Positions 17,273-27,900 of a stretch of DNA of 54,835 nucleotides are shown here, one piece after another. Each line of letters opens with the position of its first letter. The stretch's first letter is position 1. The notes under the pieces were generated by a model that made no database searches, was not told the origin of the DNA, and saw only the letters and a list, made by a program, of their open reading frames with translations. A program made the translations under genes and the position numbers. This DNA is from an uncultured Methanosarcinales archaeon. Its GTDB lineage: Archaea; Nanobdellota; Nanobdellia; Woesearchaeales; CAZPJY01. The DNA lies in contig CAZPJY010000007.1 of NCBI GenBank assembly GCA_964587045.1, positions 1-54,835 on the forward strand. The letters are read 5' to 3'.

Positions 17273-18259
17273 CTATTCGGCGAGCTCTTTCTTGAGGTCC
17301 TCGACGATATGAACCTCTGAGGGATCGACCTCGTATATGAGCGCCAAGTGGTAACTGGTCCAGTCGCCTATGTAGATGGCGGAGAAGAGCTTGATAAGCC
17401 AGCTCTCTCCCTTTATGCCCAGCTCGAGCACATCGACACCCTTCTCCTTGATCAGGCGCTTGGTGATGTTGAACCGCTTCTTGATCCTAGGGTGCTCGTC
17501 CTCGTCGCCGATCAGGATGGTGTAGTACTTGGCCTTCAGGCTGGTGTAGCCAACCATCTCGTTGTGGTTTAGCTCTGAGAAGACGTTCCAAAAAGCGTGC
17601 ACCTTGCTGCACTCGTTGAACATGATCTTCCACTTGTAGCCTACGCAGGCGTACCTGCCCGAGGTATAGATCAGGGGGACGAACCCGACGAGCCGCTGCG
17701 CGATCTCCTGCCCCATCTTGCTGTACTTCTCGTGCTCCAGCGCCCGCGCGAGGCGTTCAAGCTGAGCCCTCTGCTGCGGTATTGCGTTGGAATTGGAAAG
17801 GATCATGAGAAGAGGCGCCAGCATGTAGCCAATCGCTGCCCTGGGCTGCAGCCCTGACGGTATCTGGACCAGCTCGGTCTCGTTCATGCCGCATAGCTCT
17901 GCCAGCTTGCCCCCGCTGGTTATGACAAAGACTTGTGCGCCCAGCTTGATGGCTTCCCTGTAGGCTGAGATGGTCTCTTCGGTGTTGCCCGAATAGCTTA
18001 TGACGAAGACGAGGGAGTCTTTGGTGACGGTGGGCGGCAGGACGTATTCCCTGACGACCTGTATGGGCTTGGAAAAGTCCCTGATCCCTGCCAGGTAGCC
18101 CTGCAGGACCAGTCCCGGCAGGGCGCTTCCGCCCATTCCGCAGACTACTATTGAATCGAATGGCCTGGTGATGCTCCTCGAGCCAGCCAGGTCTATGCCC
18201 TTCCTTATCTGAAGCGGGTATTCGGAAAGGACCTTCTTCATGTTGGATTTGTCAATCAT
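17273..18259 (-). CDS. Bifunctional phosphoglucose/phosphomannose isomerase
   Basis: GMGGSA, SYSGNTEET, TSGG.L, QPRAA, WK.MFNE.SK, ELNHNE. Confidence 0.93.
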   Translation of the reverse strand: MIDKSNMKKVLSEYPLQIRKGIDLAGSRSITRPFDSIVVCGMGGSALPGLVLQGYLAGIRDFSKPIQVVREYVLPPTVTKDSLVFVISYSGNTEETISAYREAIKLGAQVFVITSGGKLAELCGMNETELVQIPSGLQPRAAIGYMLAPLLMILSNSNAIPQQRAQLERLARALEHEKYSKMGQEIAQRLVGFVPLIYTSGRYACVGYKWKIMFNECSKVHAFWNVFSELNHNEMVGYTSLKAKYYTILIGDEDEHPRIKKRFNITKRLIKEKGVDVLELGIKGESWLIKLFSAIYIGDWTSYHLALIYEVDPSEVHIVEDLKKELAE

Positions 18260-18327
18260 AGCATAGTTGTCCTCAAATCAACTATAAAAAGATTACGAAT
18301 AAATAGGATGGGCCATTCCCAGGGACA

Positions 18328-19596
18328 ATGGCCAACGTGATGTTCATCACCCAGGGGTGCGCTGTCAACCAGGCCGACACCGAGACCATGATGGGGATAC
18401 TCTCAGCCCACGGACACACCCTGACAGCAGACCAGCAGGACGCCGACATAGTGATTATCAACTCATGCACTGTCAAGGGCCCCACCGAGAGCGCGTTTTG
18501 GAGGAAGCTTAAAAGCCTTGACCGCAAGGTGATAATCGCCGGCTGCATACCCCAATCAGAGCCTGAGGATCGTAGGCTCGCTGATTATTCGCTTGTTGGC
18601 CCGTTCCAGATAGGGAGGATAAACGAGGCCGTCCAGGAGACCCTCTCAGGTGGCAGGGTCAGGTTCCTGGACTCCAGCGACGCCTCAGGCAGGCCTGAGG
18701 AAAAGGTGAGGCTGAACAGCGTGGTGGAGATAGTGCCCATAGCCCAGGGCTGCCTGGGCGCTCCGTGCTCGTACTGCAAGGTCAAGAGCGCGAGGGGCAG
18801 GTTGTCCTCCCGTCCAGTAGAGGAGATAGTTCAGCAGGTGAGGGCGGGAGTCGCCGGCGGGGCCAGGGAGGTGTGGCTGACCGCGCAGGACTCCGGTTGC
18901 TACGGCCACGACATCGGCAGTGACATCCTCAAGCTGCTAGATGCAGTCCTGTCTGTTGAGGGCGAGTTCATGGTCCGCCTTGGCATGGGCAACCCAAACC
19001 ACTTCGGCAGATACGCCGATGGCCTTGCCGGTTTCCTGAACCATCCCAAGATGTTTTCATTCGTCCACATGCCGGTCCAGAGCGGGAACGACCGCATACT
19101 CAGGCTCATGAGGAGGGGCTACTCGTGCTCGGAGTTCGAGGCGTCTGTAAGGGGGCTCAGGGAAAGGGTCCCTGACCTGACCCTCTCGACTGACATAATA
19201 TGCGGCTTCCCGACAGAGACCGATGAGGAGTTCGAGGAGTCCCTGGAGCTCATCAGGAGGATCAGACCGGGCGTCCTGAACATCTCCAGGTTCTGGCCAA
19301 GGCCTGGAACAGAGGCAGCCGGCATGGAGCAGCTCCAGGGGGCTGTGGTCAAGGCCAGGTCCACGGCACTCACCAGAATATTTTCCGAGATTTCGGAGGA
19401 GGACAACCGCAGATGGAAAGGATGGGAGGGAGACGTCATCATCGATGAACTGGGCAAGGACGGCTCGATGGTAGGGAGGAACAAGCATTACAAGCCCGTG
19501 ATTATCAAGACGACCGACGAAAGCCTACTCGGCAGCAGTGTGAGGGTAAGGGTTCATACCACTACCGCGCATGACTTACGAGCAGATAAGGTATAA
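18328..19596 (+). CDS. tRNA methylthiotransferase, archaeal MtaB/CDKAL1 type
   Basis: UPF0004 cysteines (GCAVN, NSCTVK, AGCIP), radical SAM core, HMPVQSG, DIICGFPTE, TRAM domain. Confidence 0.92.
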   Translation: MANVMFITQGCAVNQADTETMMGILSAHGHTLTADQQDADIVIINSCTVKGPTESAFWRKLKSLDRKVIIAGCIPQSEPEDRRLADYSLVGPFQIGRINEAVQETLSGGRVRFLDSSDASGRPEEKVRLNSVVEIVPIAQGCLGAPCSYCKVKSARGRLSSRPVEEIVQQVRAGVAGGAREVWLTAQDSGCYGHDIGSDILKLLDAVLSVEGEFMVRLGMGNPNHFGRYADGLAGFLNHPKMFSFVHMPVQSGNDRILRLMRRGYSCSEFEASVRGLRERVPDLTLSTDIICGFPTETDEEFEESLELIRRIRPGVLNISRFWPRPGTEAAGMEQLQGAVVKARSTALTRIFSEISEEDNRRWKGWEGDVIIDELGKDGSMVGRNKHYKPVIIKTTDESLLGSSVRVRVHTTTAHDLRADKV

Positions 19597-19602
19597 TAAT
19601 AG

Positions 19603-19636
19603 GTATGAATACAATCTCACATAACATCATACAATC
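19603..19636. promoter_or_regulatory. Direct/inverted repeats upstream of the RHH-fused gene, probable operator
   Basis: ATACAATC at 19609 and 19629; GTAT-GA-ATAC at 19603; TTTTTATA box just downstream. Confidence 0.45.
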
Positions 19637-19695
19637 CGAAATATTTTTATACTTGAGTGTGTTCATTGGCAGCATAAAAACCTGGGGGTGTCTTC

Positions 19696-20529
19696 ATGAA
19701 AGAGCGAATCACACTGACAATCGACGCAGACCTGCTCAAGAAGATCGACAGCTCGATTGACGGCTACAAGATCAAGAACCGCTCGCATGCGGTAGAGCTG
19801 CTTCTAATGAACTCTATGGGCGACCGCAAGATCAAGACAGCGCTGATCCTCGCGGGCGGGAGGAACAACGAGGCAAAGAGCGTGACAAAGGTTCCGAAGG
19901 TCATGATACCCGTCCACGGGAAGCCGATACTCGAGCACCTCATAGAACTCTTCAGGAAGAATGGCATCACCAACATCATACTCTCCATCGGCTACAAGGG
20001 AAAGCTCATCAAGGAGTATTTCGGTTCAGGGAAGAAGTTCGGCGTCAACATCAACTACATCGAAGAGGAGCACCCGCTCGGGACAGCAGGGCCCCTGCGC
20101 CTGGCAAGGCCCTTCCTCACCGAGACCTTCATCATGTGCAACGGCGACGAGCTTAAGGACATCGACATAAAGGACATGTTCAACTACCACAAGGAAAACA
20201 AGGCGCTCATAACCATCGCTCTCACGACGGTAGACAACCCCGCAACGTACGGCATCGCGGTCATGAACGGCAACCGCGTCCTGGATTTCATAGAGAAACC
20301 ATCAAAGGCCCAGATGGTCTCAAACCTGATCAACGCAGGCCTCTACATAATGGAACCTGAGGTCATTGACTACGTGCCGGACGGCTTCTCGAGGCTTGAG
20401 AACGACGTCTTCCCCAAGCTTTGCAAGGAGGACCAGGTGTTAGGCTACCCGTTCTCAGGGCAGTGGTTCGACATCACCACGCCGCAGTCCTTGAGGGTGA
20501 CAGAGAAAGGGTGGAAAGGGGTCTACTGA
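19696..20529 (+). CDS. Ribbon-helix-helix domain fused to NDP-sugar pyrophosphorylase (mannose-1-P guanylyltransferase-like)
   Basis: KERITLTIDADLLKKID...NRSHAVELLL, then LILAGG, PKVMIPVHGKPILEH, EEHPLGTAG, NGD, INAGLY. Confidence 0.88.
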   Translation: MKERITLTIDADLLKKIDSSIDGYKIKNRSHAVELLLMNSMGDRKIKTALILAGGRNNEAKSVTKVPKVMIPVHGKPILEHLIELFRKNGITNIILSIGYKGKLIKEYFGSGKKFGVNINYIEEEHPLGTAGPLRLARPFLTETFIMCNGDELKDIDIKDMFNYHKENKALITIALTTVDNPATYGIAVMNGNRVLDFIEKPSKAQMVSNLINAGLYIMEPEVIDYVPDGFSRLENDVFPKLCKEDQVLGYPFSGQWFDITTPQSLRVTEKGWKGVY

Positions 20530-21879
20530 ATGGGCATATTCAAGGCATACGACATACGGGGAGTCTACAAAAAAGACCTGACAGAAGAGATATCCGAGAG
20601 GATCGGGCAGGCTGTCGTGCAGTTCCTGAAGGCCAAGCGGGTGTGCGTCGGAAGGGACATGAGAGTGTCCTCACCAAAGCTCTTTGCGGCCCTCACAAGG
20701 GGAATGATGACCAAGGGCGCAGAAGTCGTCGACCTTGGGCTCATATCGACTCCGCTGCTCTACTTCGCCTCCACCCACCTGGCAGGGGACGGATTCGTGA
20801 TGGTGACAGCATCGCACAACCCGAGCGAGTACAACGGGTTCAAGGTCATGAAGCCTGGTGGGATCGGCGTTGCTGGCGACAGCGGGCTGAAGGAAATCGA
20901 GAAGCTTGCGTCGGCAGCGAAGCCTGGAAATCCCAAGGGCAAGCTCAAATCCTATTCAGACCTCAAGGCTGACTATCTGGAGTATGTGCGGGGCCTGATT
21001 GCGGATTTCAAGCCGGTTAGGAAGATCAAGGTCGTGGTAGACGCCGGTAATGGGATGGGCCACATCGAGGGGATCATGCTCCAGCAGCTCCACGAACAGC
21101 TGGATATCGAGGTAGTCCCGCTATTCTTCGAGCCTGACGGCTCCTTCCCAAACCACGAGGCGAATCCAATCAAGAGCGAAAACCTAAAGGCCCTCAAGAA
21201 GGCGGTAGTTGAAAACAAGGCCGACTTCGGAATCGCATACGACGGGGACGCGGACAGGATTGGCCTAGTAGATGAGGAGGGTATCATTGTCCCGGCAGAC
21301 ATACTGCTCGCGCTTTTCTCAGAGCACTACCTCAAACTGCATAAGGGCGCGTCAGTGGTCTACAACATCGGCTCGAGCATGATAGTCCGCGAGACGGTGG
21401 AGAAGGCAGGCGGGAAGGCCTTTGTCAGCCCGGTAGGCCACACCAACGTGAAGGCTGTCATGCGGAAGCAAAAGGCCGTGTTGGGTGGAGAGATCTCAGG
21501 CCACATCTTCTACAAGGAGTTCTCCAACTTTGAAAGCACGCTGTACTCGGCCATACTTCTGATCATCATCCTAAACGAGAAAGGCGGAAAGCTGTCCAGG
21601 ACTCTCAAGCACCTGCGCGCCTACCATAAGATTGAGGAGACCAACTTCGAAGTGGCGGACAAGGACGGGATGCTCTTGAAGGTCGAGAAGGCCTTCTCCA
21701 AGGGCGCGAAGGTATCCCACCTGGACGGGGTCTTGCTGGAGTACGGCGATGCGTGGGTCGGGGTCCGAAAGAGCAACACGGAACCGCTTATCAGGGTAAA
21801 CATCGAAGCCAAGAGCAAAAAGAGGCTTTCTGAACTGAAGAGAAAAGTGCTATCATTCATCAGGGAAAACAGACGATAA
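20530..21879 (+). CDS. Phosphomannomutase/phosphoglucomutase
   Basis: FKAYDIRG, TASHNP, DGDADR, GGEISGH, RKSNTEP. Confidence 0.95.
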   Translation: MGIFKAYDIRGVYKKDLTEEISERIGQAVVQFLKAKRVCVGRDMRVSSPKLFAALTRGMMTKGAEVVDLGLISTPLLYFASTHLAGDGFVMVTASHNPSEYNGFKVMKPGGIGVAGDSGLKEIEKLASAAKPGNPKGKLKSYSDLKADYLEYVRGLIADFKPVRKIKVVVDAGNGMGHIEGIMLQQLHEQLDIEVVPLFFEPDGSFPNHEANPIKSENLKALKKAVVENKADFGIAYDGDADRIGLVDEEGIIVPADILLALFSEHYLKLHKGASVVYNIGSSMIVRETVEKAGGKAFVSPVGHTNVKAVMRKQKAVLGGEISGHIFYKEFSNFESTLYSAILLIIILNEKGGKLSRTLKHLRAYHKIEETNFEVADKDGMLLKVEKAFSKGAKVSHLDGVLLEYGDAWVGVRKSNTEPLIRVNIEAKSKKRLSELKRKVLSFIRENRR

Positions 21880-21959
21880 TCCTATTATTTTTATAGAAAG
21901 TTTTATATACCTCAGACGGTGTTGTTCTACCCAACTGTTGGTAACAGTGAGGGTGGGGG

Positions 21960-24900
21960 ATGGATTCACATAGTCAGGTACGACAGGAACTAATTTTCAC
22001 ATTCTTACTCATTATATTTATAGGATCTGCTGCGGGATTCACGGTAAGCATCCTGCAGCCACAGGAGGATGCAGTCATATTCGGAAGTTACACAATAATT
22101 GTGAATATAACCAACTCAAGCTTTCTCAACATCACCGGTGTCAATTTCACAACCAGTGGAGTGTTCTCAAACTCTAATAACACCATAGGGCTTGAACAGT
22201 ACAGCATTATTTGGCCGACCCTTGCTGAGAGTGATGGCAGCTATCTTCTCAATGTCACTGCATACAACTCCTCCGGCTCGAGCGCAAACAACCTCACTCT
22301 GAACATCACAATTGACAACACCGGCCCCAACATAACTGTCAACGGCCCCGCAAACCAAACCAACTTATCTTATACTGCAATGTGGACGTGGATCAACCTG
22401 ACCACCAACGAATGGGCCAACTGCAGCATCAATGGAACAGGATTCGACACGACAGCAGGAACATCACACCTGCACAACCTAACCGTGAGCGCAGGAAACC
22501 AATACCTACTAATAGAAAACTGCACAGACATTTACGAAAACTACCAATTCATAAACCACGAATTCGGGATTAACAGCACGCCCAACCCAGATTACGGACC
22601 GACAATAACCAACATGTTCCCATGGATGTCCATAATAGCAAACACATACAACCTAACATTCAACTTCACCTGCACAGCAAACGACGACCTTAACCTAACC
22701 AACGTAAGCATGGTCAGCAACGCATCAGGAATCTGGACACTCATAAGCACAGACACAAACCCCTCCAACGGAGTCCCATCAAACCTACCAAACACAATCG
22801 CAACCGACGGAGAATACCTCTGGACCTGCCAAGCCACAGACAACAACAGCAACACCACAACCTACACCACAAACCACACGCTAACCATTGAAACAACAAT
22901 ACCAACCATCACGACCAACAGCCCCGCCAATGAGAGCGTCATCCCAAACTCCCAAAACTGGACGTGGATCAACCTGACCACCAACGAATGGGCCGTCTGC
23001 AAAGTCAACGGAACAACATTCAACACAACCTCAGGCACCAGCCACCTGCACAACCTCTCAGTCACACCAGGCAACGAATACATGCTATTAGAAAAATGTA
23101 CAGACGCATACGGAAACTACAAGAACCAAACCCACCACTTCTGGGTCAACAGCACGCCCAACCCAGATTACGGACCGACAATAACCAACATGTTCCCATG
23201 GATGTCCATAATAGCAAACACATACAACCTAACATTCAACTTCACCTGCACAGCAAACGACGACCTTAACCTAACCAACGTAAGCATGGTCAGCAACGCA
23301 TCAGGAATCTGGACACTCATAAGCACAGACACAAACCCCTCCAACGGAGTCCCATCAAACCTACCAAACACAATCGCAACCGACGGAGAATACCTCTGGA
23401 CCTGCCAAGCCACAGACAACAACAGCAACACCACAACCTACACCACAAACCACACGCTAAACATCGATACAACACCACCAAGTTTATTATCTAATCTTGC
23501 AGTTGGAAGCTATAACCTTACTTGGATTTACTGGCAATGGACACAGCCAGAAACTGGAGCAACGTATGAAGCCCACCTAAATGGTACACTCAGCCAGATA
23601 AACACATCATCCACTTATATCAATTTCACAGGTCTTACTCCAAACACTAGTTATGAGATCAGCGTGTGGTCATTCGATTCCTTCGGTAATAAGAACACAA
23701 CACCAGTATACTTGACCAATACAACAGAAGCTGCTGCCGACTCCACACCCCCATTCCTAAACAACACAGCGCATGCTGCACATATTACGTATGCAGAGAT
23801 TACTTGGGACACTGACGAGCCTTCAAACAGCCTGGTAAAATACGGCACTCAGAGTGGGAACTACACTATGAATATGTCTTCTGGTGGGCTCGTGACTTCT
23901 CACATCATTAACTTAACCAGCCTTACTGCGTCAACTACATATTATTATGTGGTAAACTCCACTGATGCTTCAGGCAACTCGAATGAGAGTGCCGAATATA
24001 ACTTTACGACGTTAGTTAATCCGTGCCCAGTGCCTAACAATTCTTCTACATGGGTAATCAATGGTACGAACAGTTATACCTGCACTGGGAGCCTTGAAAG
24101 TTTAAGTGATATAAATATCACTGGAAATGCTGTTCTCATATTAAATGGAACAAATTTAACTATCAATGACAATTGGTTGATCATTCTAGAGGATAATGCC
24201 TCAATGGAATGGTATAATTTGGATATAGCGAGCCCCACAAATTACACAAATATTTACCTATGGCACAATTCATCATTTTACATATACAATACAACAATAC
24301 AAACAAATCCTTATTATATTTCTTCAGATTCCTATGATAGCTCATTCTTCAGTATATCTGATTCGAACGGAAGTTTTTATGTGACCGGTTTAGGTGGTTT
24401 TGGAGATAGCCCAACTCTGATAATCAACAACAGCGTGCTGACAGTTGGGTCTGTCGGGGCCTATGGCTCCTACACAATATTGAATTCATCATTCAGTATA
24501 TTTAGCCTATATTCAGAGTATAATTCTGGAATCAGTATCGATTCCTGGGAAGAGGATAAGTCAACAAACCTGATTGCGCAATCAGCGTATACACCATTCG
24601 AAATGTACATCAATGATTCTACCTTCAGTGAGATTCGGACTTATTGCGAGGAGAACAGCTCCCTTAATATCTCAAATTCAGTGTTATCGAGAGTTACCTC
24701 TGACGGTGACATCTCTCTCCCTAGTACGATGTTTATTGATAATGTTACAGCAACATATTTTTCAGTGATTAATTACGGCATTATCGATGTACGTAACTCG
24801 TTGTTTAGCAATCCTGTCACGATTGAAAAAGGGGTTAATATTACATTCACAGAGACTGTGATCAATAATACATTATCAGTGACTCAAGGTTCAAGGACGA

Positions 24901-27900
24901 CAGCTAATAATCTAACAATAGATCAATTTTTTGATATCGGAGAGATCTTGAATTCTGGAGAAGCTGTAGTTTCGGGTAACATCACAATCCTTAACGACAA
25001 TATTGGGGGCGTATTCAATAATCAAACCAATCTTACTCGTAACTATCCAATCACAGTCTACAACGACTCTGGGCTTGCCGACAATGTTAACATCACAATT
25101 TATCTCGGCGGAACATATTATTTCACAGGACTCACGTCAAACGGTTACATCGAAGCAGGCATCTTATTCAACGAGACCAATTACTACTTCAAATATAATA
25201 TCAGTGTCGACGGTCAGTACGCCGGCCAGCTCAACCTAACATCCGACACGCCGATCAACCTGACATACGACACGACACCTCCTTCCCAGGTTAGCAACCT
25301 CAACGTCTCGTCCATGACTGATACTACAATCACATGGCAGTGGACCGAACCAGAGACCGGGGCTTTCTACGAGGTCTTCATCAACGGAACAAGCGAGAAC
25401 GCGAACACATCCAGCACGTTCTACCAGTTTACAGCCCTCACCCCAAACACCACATACACTGTAAGCGTTTGGAGCTACGATCTTTCCGGCAACAAGAACA
25501 CTACACCTGTGAACAACACCAACGCGACGATTGCTGCAGTTCCAGACAACAATCCGACTGTGGCCCTGGACTTCCCGCCTAATGGTATTGTCTACAGCGC
25601 ATCAAATTATACCTGGGTCAACTTCAGCTGCACAGCTTATGATGACTATTTGTTGACCAACCTGAGCCTTTACACTAACAAGACGGGCAGCTGGCAGCTG
25701 TACAATTACACAACGCCTGAAAACGACATCCAAACAGACTTCCTATTTATACCACTACCTGAAGGAGTAACTGTCTGGAACTGCCTTGCTGAGGACAACG
25801 CGTCCCAGACCGTGTGGTACGCGACCAACAACACCATCAAAAAGGATACAGTACTGCCAACCATAACAATCATAAACCCGACCAACCTGTCCAACTTATC
25901 CTTTGCAGCAACGTCGACTTTCCTCAACATCACGACCAGCGAGTGGGCCAACTGTACGGTTAATGGCACTAGTATGCCATACGTCTCAGGCATCAACCAC
26001 TCATCCAGCATCCCGGTGAGCAATGGCTCCGTATATTACCTAGAGTATTCCTGTGTCGACGGGAACGGAAATACCGCCACCGCTGGCCACGTGTTCTATA
26101 CTGATCCTGTCCCACCAGACCACGTACCGGTCGTATCCGACCTCGGAAGCCCGGCCAGCGGGACGCAGACAACCTCAGGCAACGTGATTTTCAACTGCAC
26201 CGCATATGACGACTACAATCTCGTTAACGTTAGCCTACACACCAACAGCTCAGGCTGGAGCATCCTAAACTCTACAGACTCGCCCTCAAACGGATCGGCG
26301 AACCTCTTCAGCCAGGCGCTTTCCGACGGTTACTACCTTTGGAACTGCCAGGCATGGGACAACAGCTCAAGCTCGAGCTTTTATGCATCCAACTCGACCC
26401 TCCTAATCGATTCAACCCCGCCAACGATAAGCTTGGTTTCGCTCGCAGACAACTACACTCAAAACGCAACTATCGTGACCCTTGATGTCAACGCAAGCGA
26501 CGCAAACGGCATACAAAATGTATCTGTGTATGTCGGAGATATCGCGACAACAGTACCCATGACCTACCAAGGTCCTTACTGGATTGCCAATGTGACCTTG
26601 ATTGAGCAACCTGTGAAGAATATCGAGGTCATTGTATATGATCAGGTCGGAAACTACGCATGGGACAACACGACAACATACACCATAGACGATGCAAGTC
26701 CCGTAATCACTCAGACCAACATCAACGGGACAGTCATGCGTAGTGGGACAGTCCTCTCATATTCCGTGAACGTGAGCGACGAGGACAACATCACCCTGAG
26801 TTCAGTGACTGCTGAGGGACACTCCCTTTTGTGGAGCGGGACGCTTTGGACAGGAACCGGCGCGGTCGACAACGACGGCACAGTCAACGTGACTGTTGTA
26901 GACCAGGCGGGCAACACGGCTACTCACACATCGACCACTTACACGATTGACAACACCGCTCCCACCGTCCAGATAACGGTCGCCAATACCAACAAGTCAA
27001 ATCCGCTCGCCGCGAACTCAACGACTTTCTCCGCGAATGTGACCGACGTAAATAATTTGTCAACTGTCTACTACAAGGTCGACACCGCTGCCTACTCATC
27101 CTTCGCAGGCGTGAGCGGCTCATCCTATTACAACTCAAGCGTTTTGCTGACCCTCAGCACAATCGGAAAGCACACAATCTATGTGAAGGCTGTCGACATC
27201 GCAGCCAACTTGAGGACTTCCTCCCAGATATTCTACAACACCCTGCCTATCAACCTCACATTGTGGGAGGACAATCTCGACAGCTCCGTGGCTGACATCA
27301 CCTATGCGCATATGAGCTATGCCAACGGAACCGAGTTCAACTCGTCACAGGACCAGTATGTCAACGAGAGCTTCAACCTGTTCCTGAACACGACCGCCGG
27401 AATTGAGATCAACATCACGGACATCAACGGTATTGAGGCAACCTGGACCGATGGAAACAACCAATTCAACGTTGAGATAAATAATTCAGGAGTCAACGGT
27501 ACTATACTCGGATTGGGAAAAGAGGCGGTCTACTCCATTTACTTCCCTGATTTCGACAATTTCACCAACAAAAGCAATTATGACGCAATTGTTGTGTTTC
27601 CAGGGAACGCGAGTGCCTATGTAGGTTTCTATTACTGCACCAACACCACCTTTTGCGAGGAGATAACGCTCGCCTGCACCGTCTTCAACGGAACCAACTG
27701 CTACGACTCCCAGGCGACAAGGACCGTTGTCTACGTGGATGGTTTCTCTGGGGTTGTGGCAACAAACGACTCTTTGGCCCCAACAATAACAATAGACCAG
27801 CCGTTGGCGATAACGTACAATTCAAGCTACCAGCTACCTTTAAGTGTCTCGGTTAACGAAAACGCGACATGCGGCTACCTCCTAAACGGCTACTATACCA

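Noticed and set aside
19557..19571. TACCACT inside the MtaB 3' end as another TrmB site
   Set aside because: Coding context and lacks the RTA right half.
22383..23460. DGR template/variable repeat pair (AAC-rich repeats in a DPANN surface gene)
   Set aside because: The copies are either identical or differ at all four bases, not only at adenines; both are in-frame mid-gene; no reverse transcriptase in the window.
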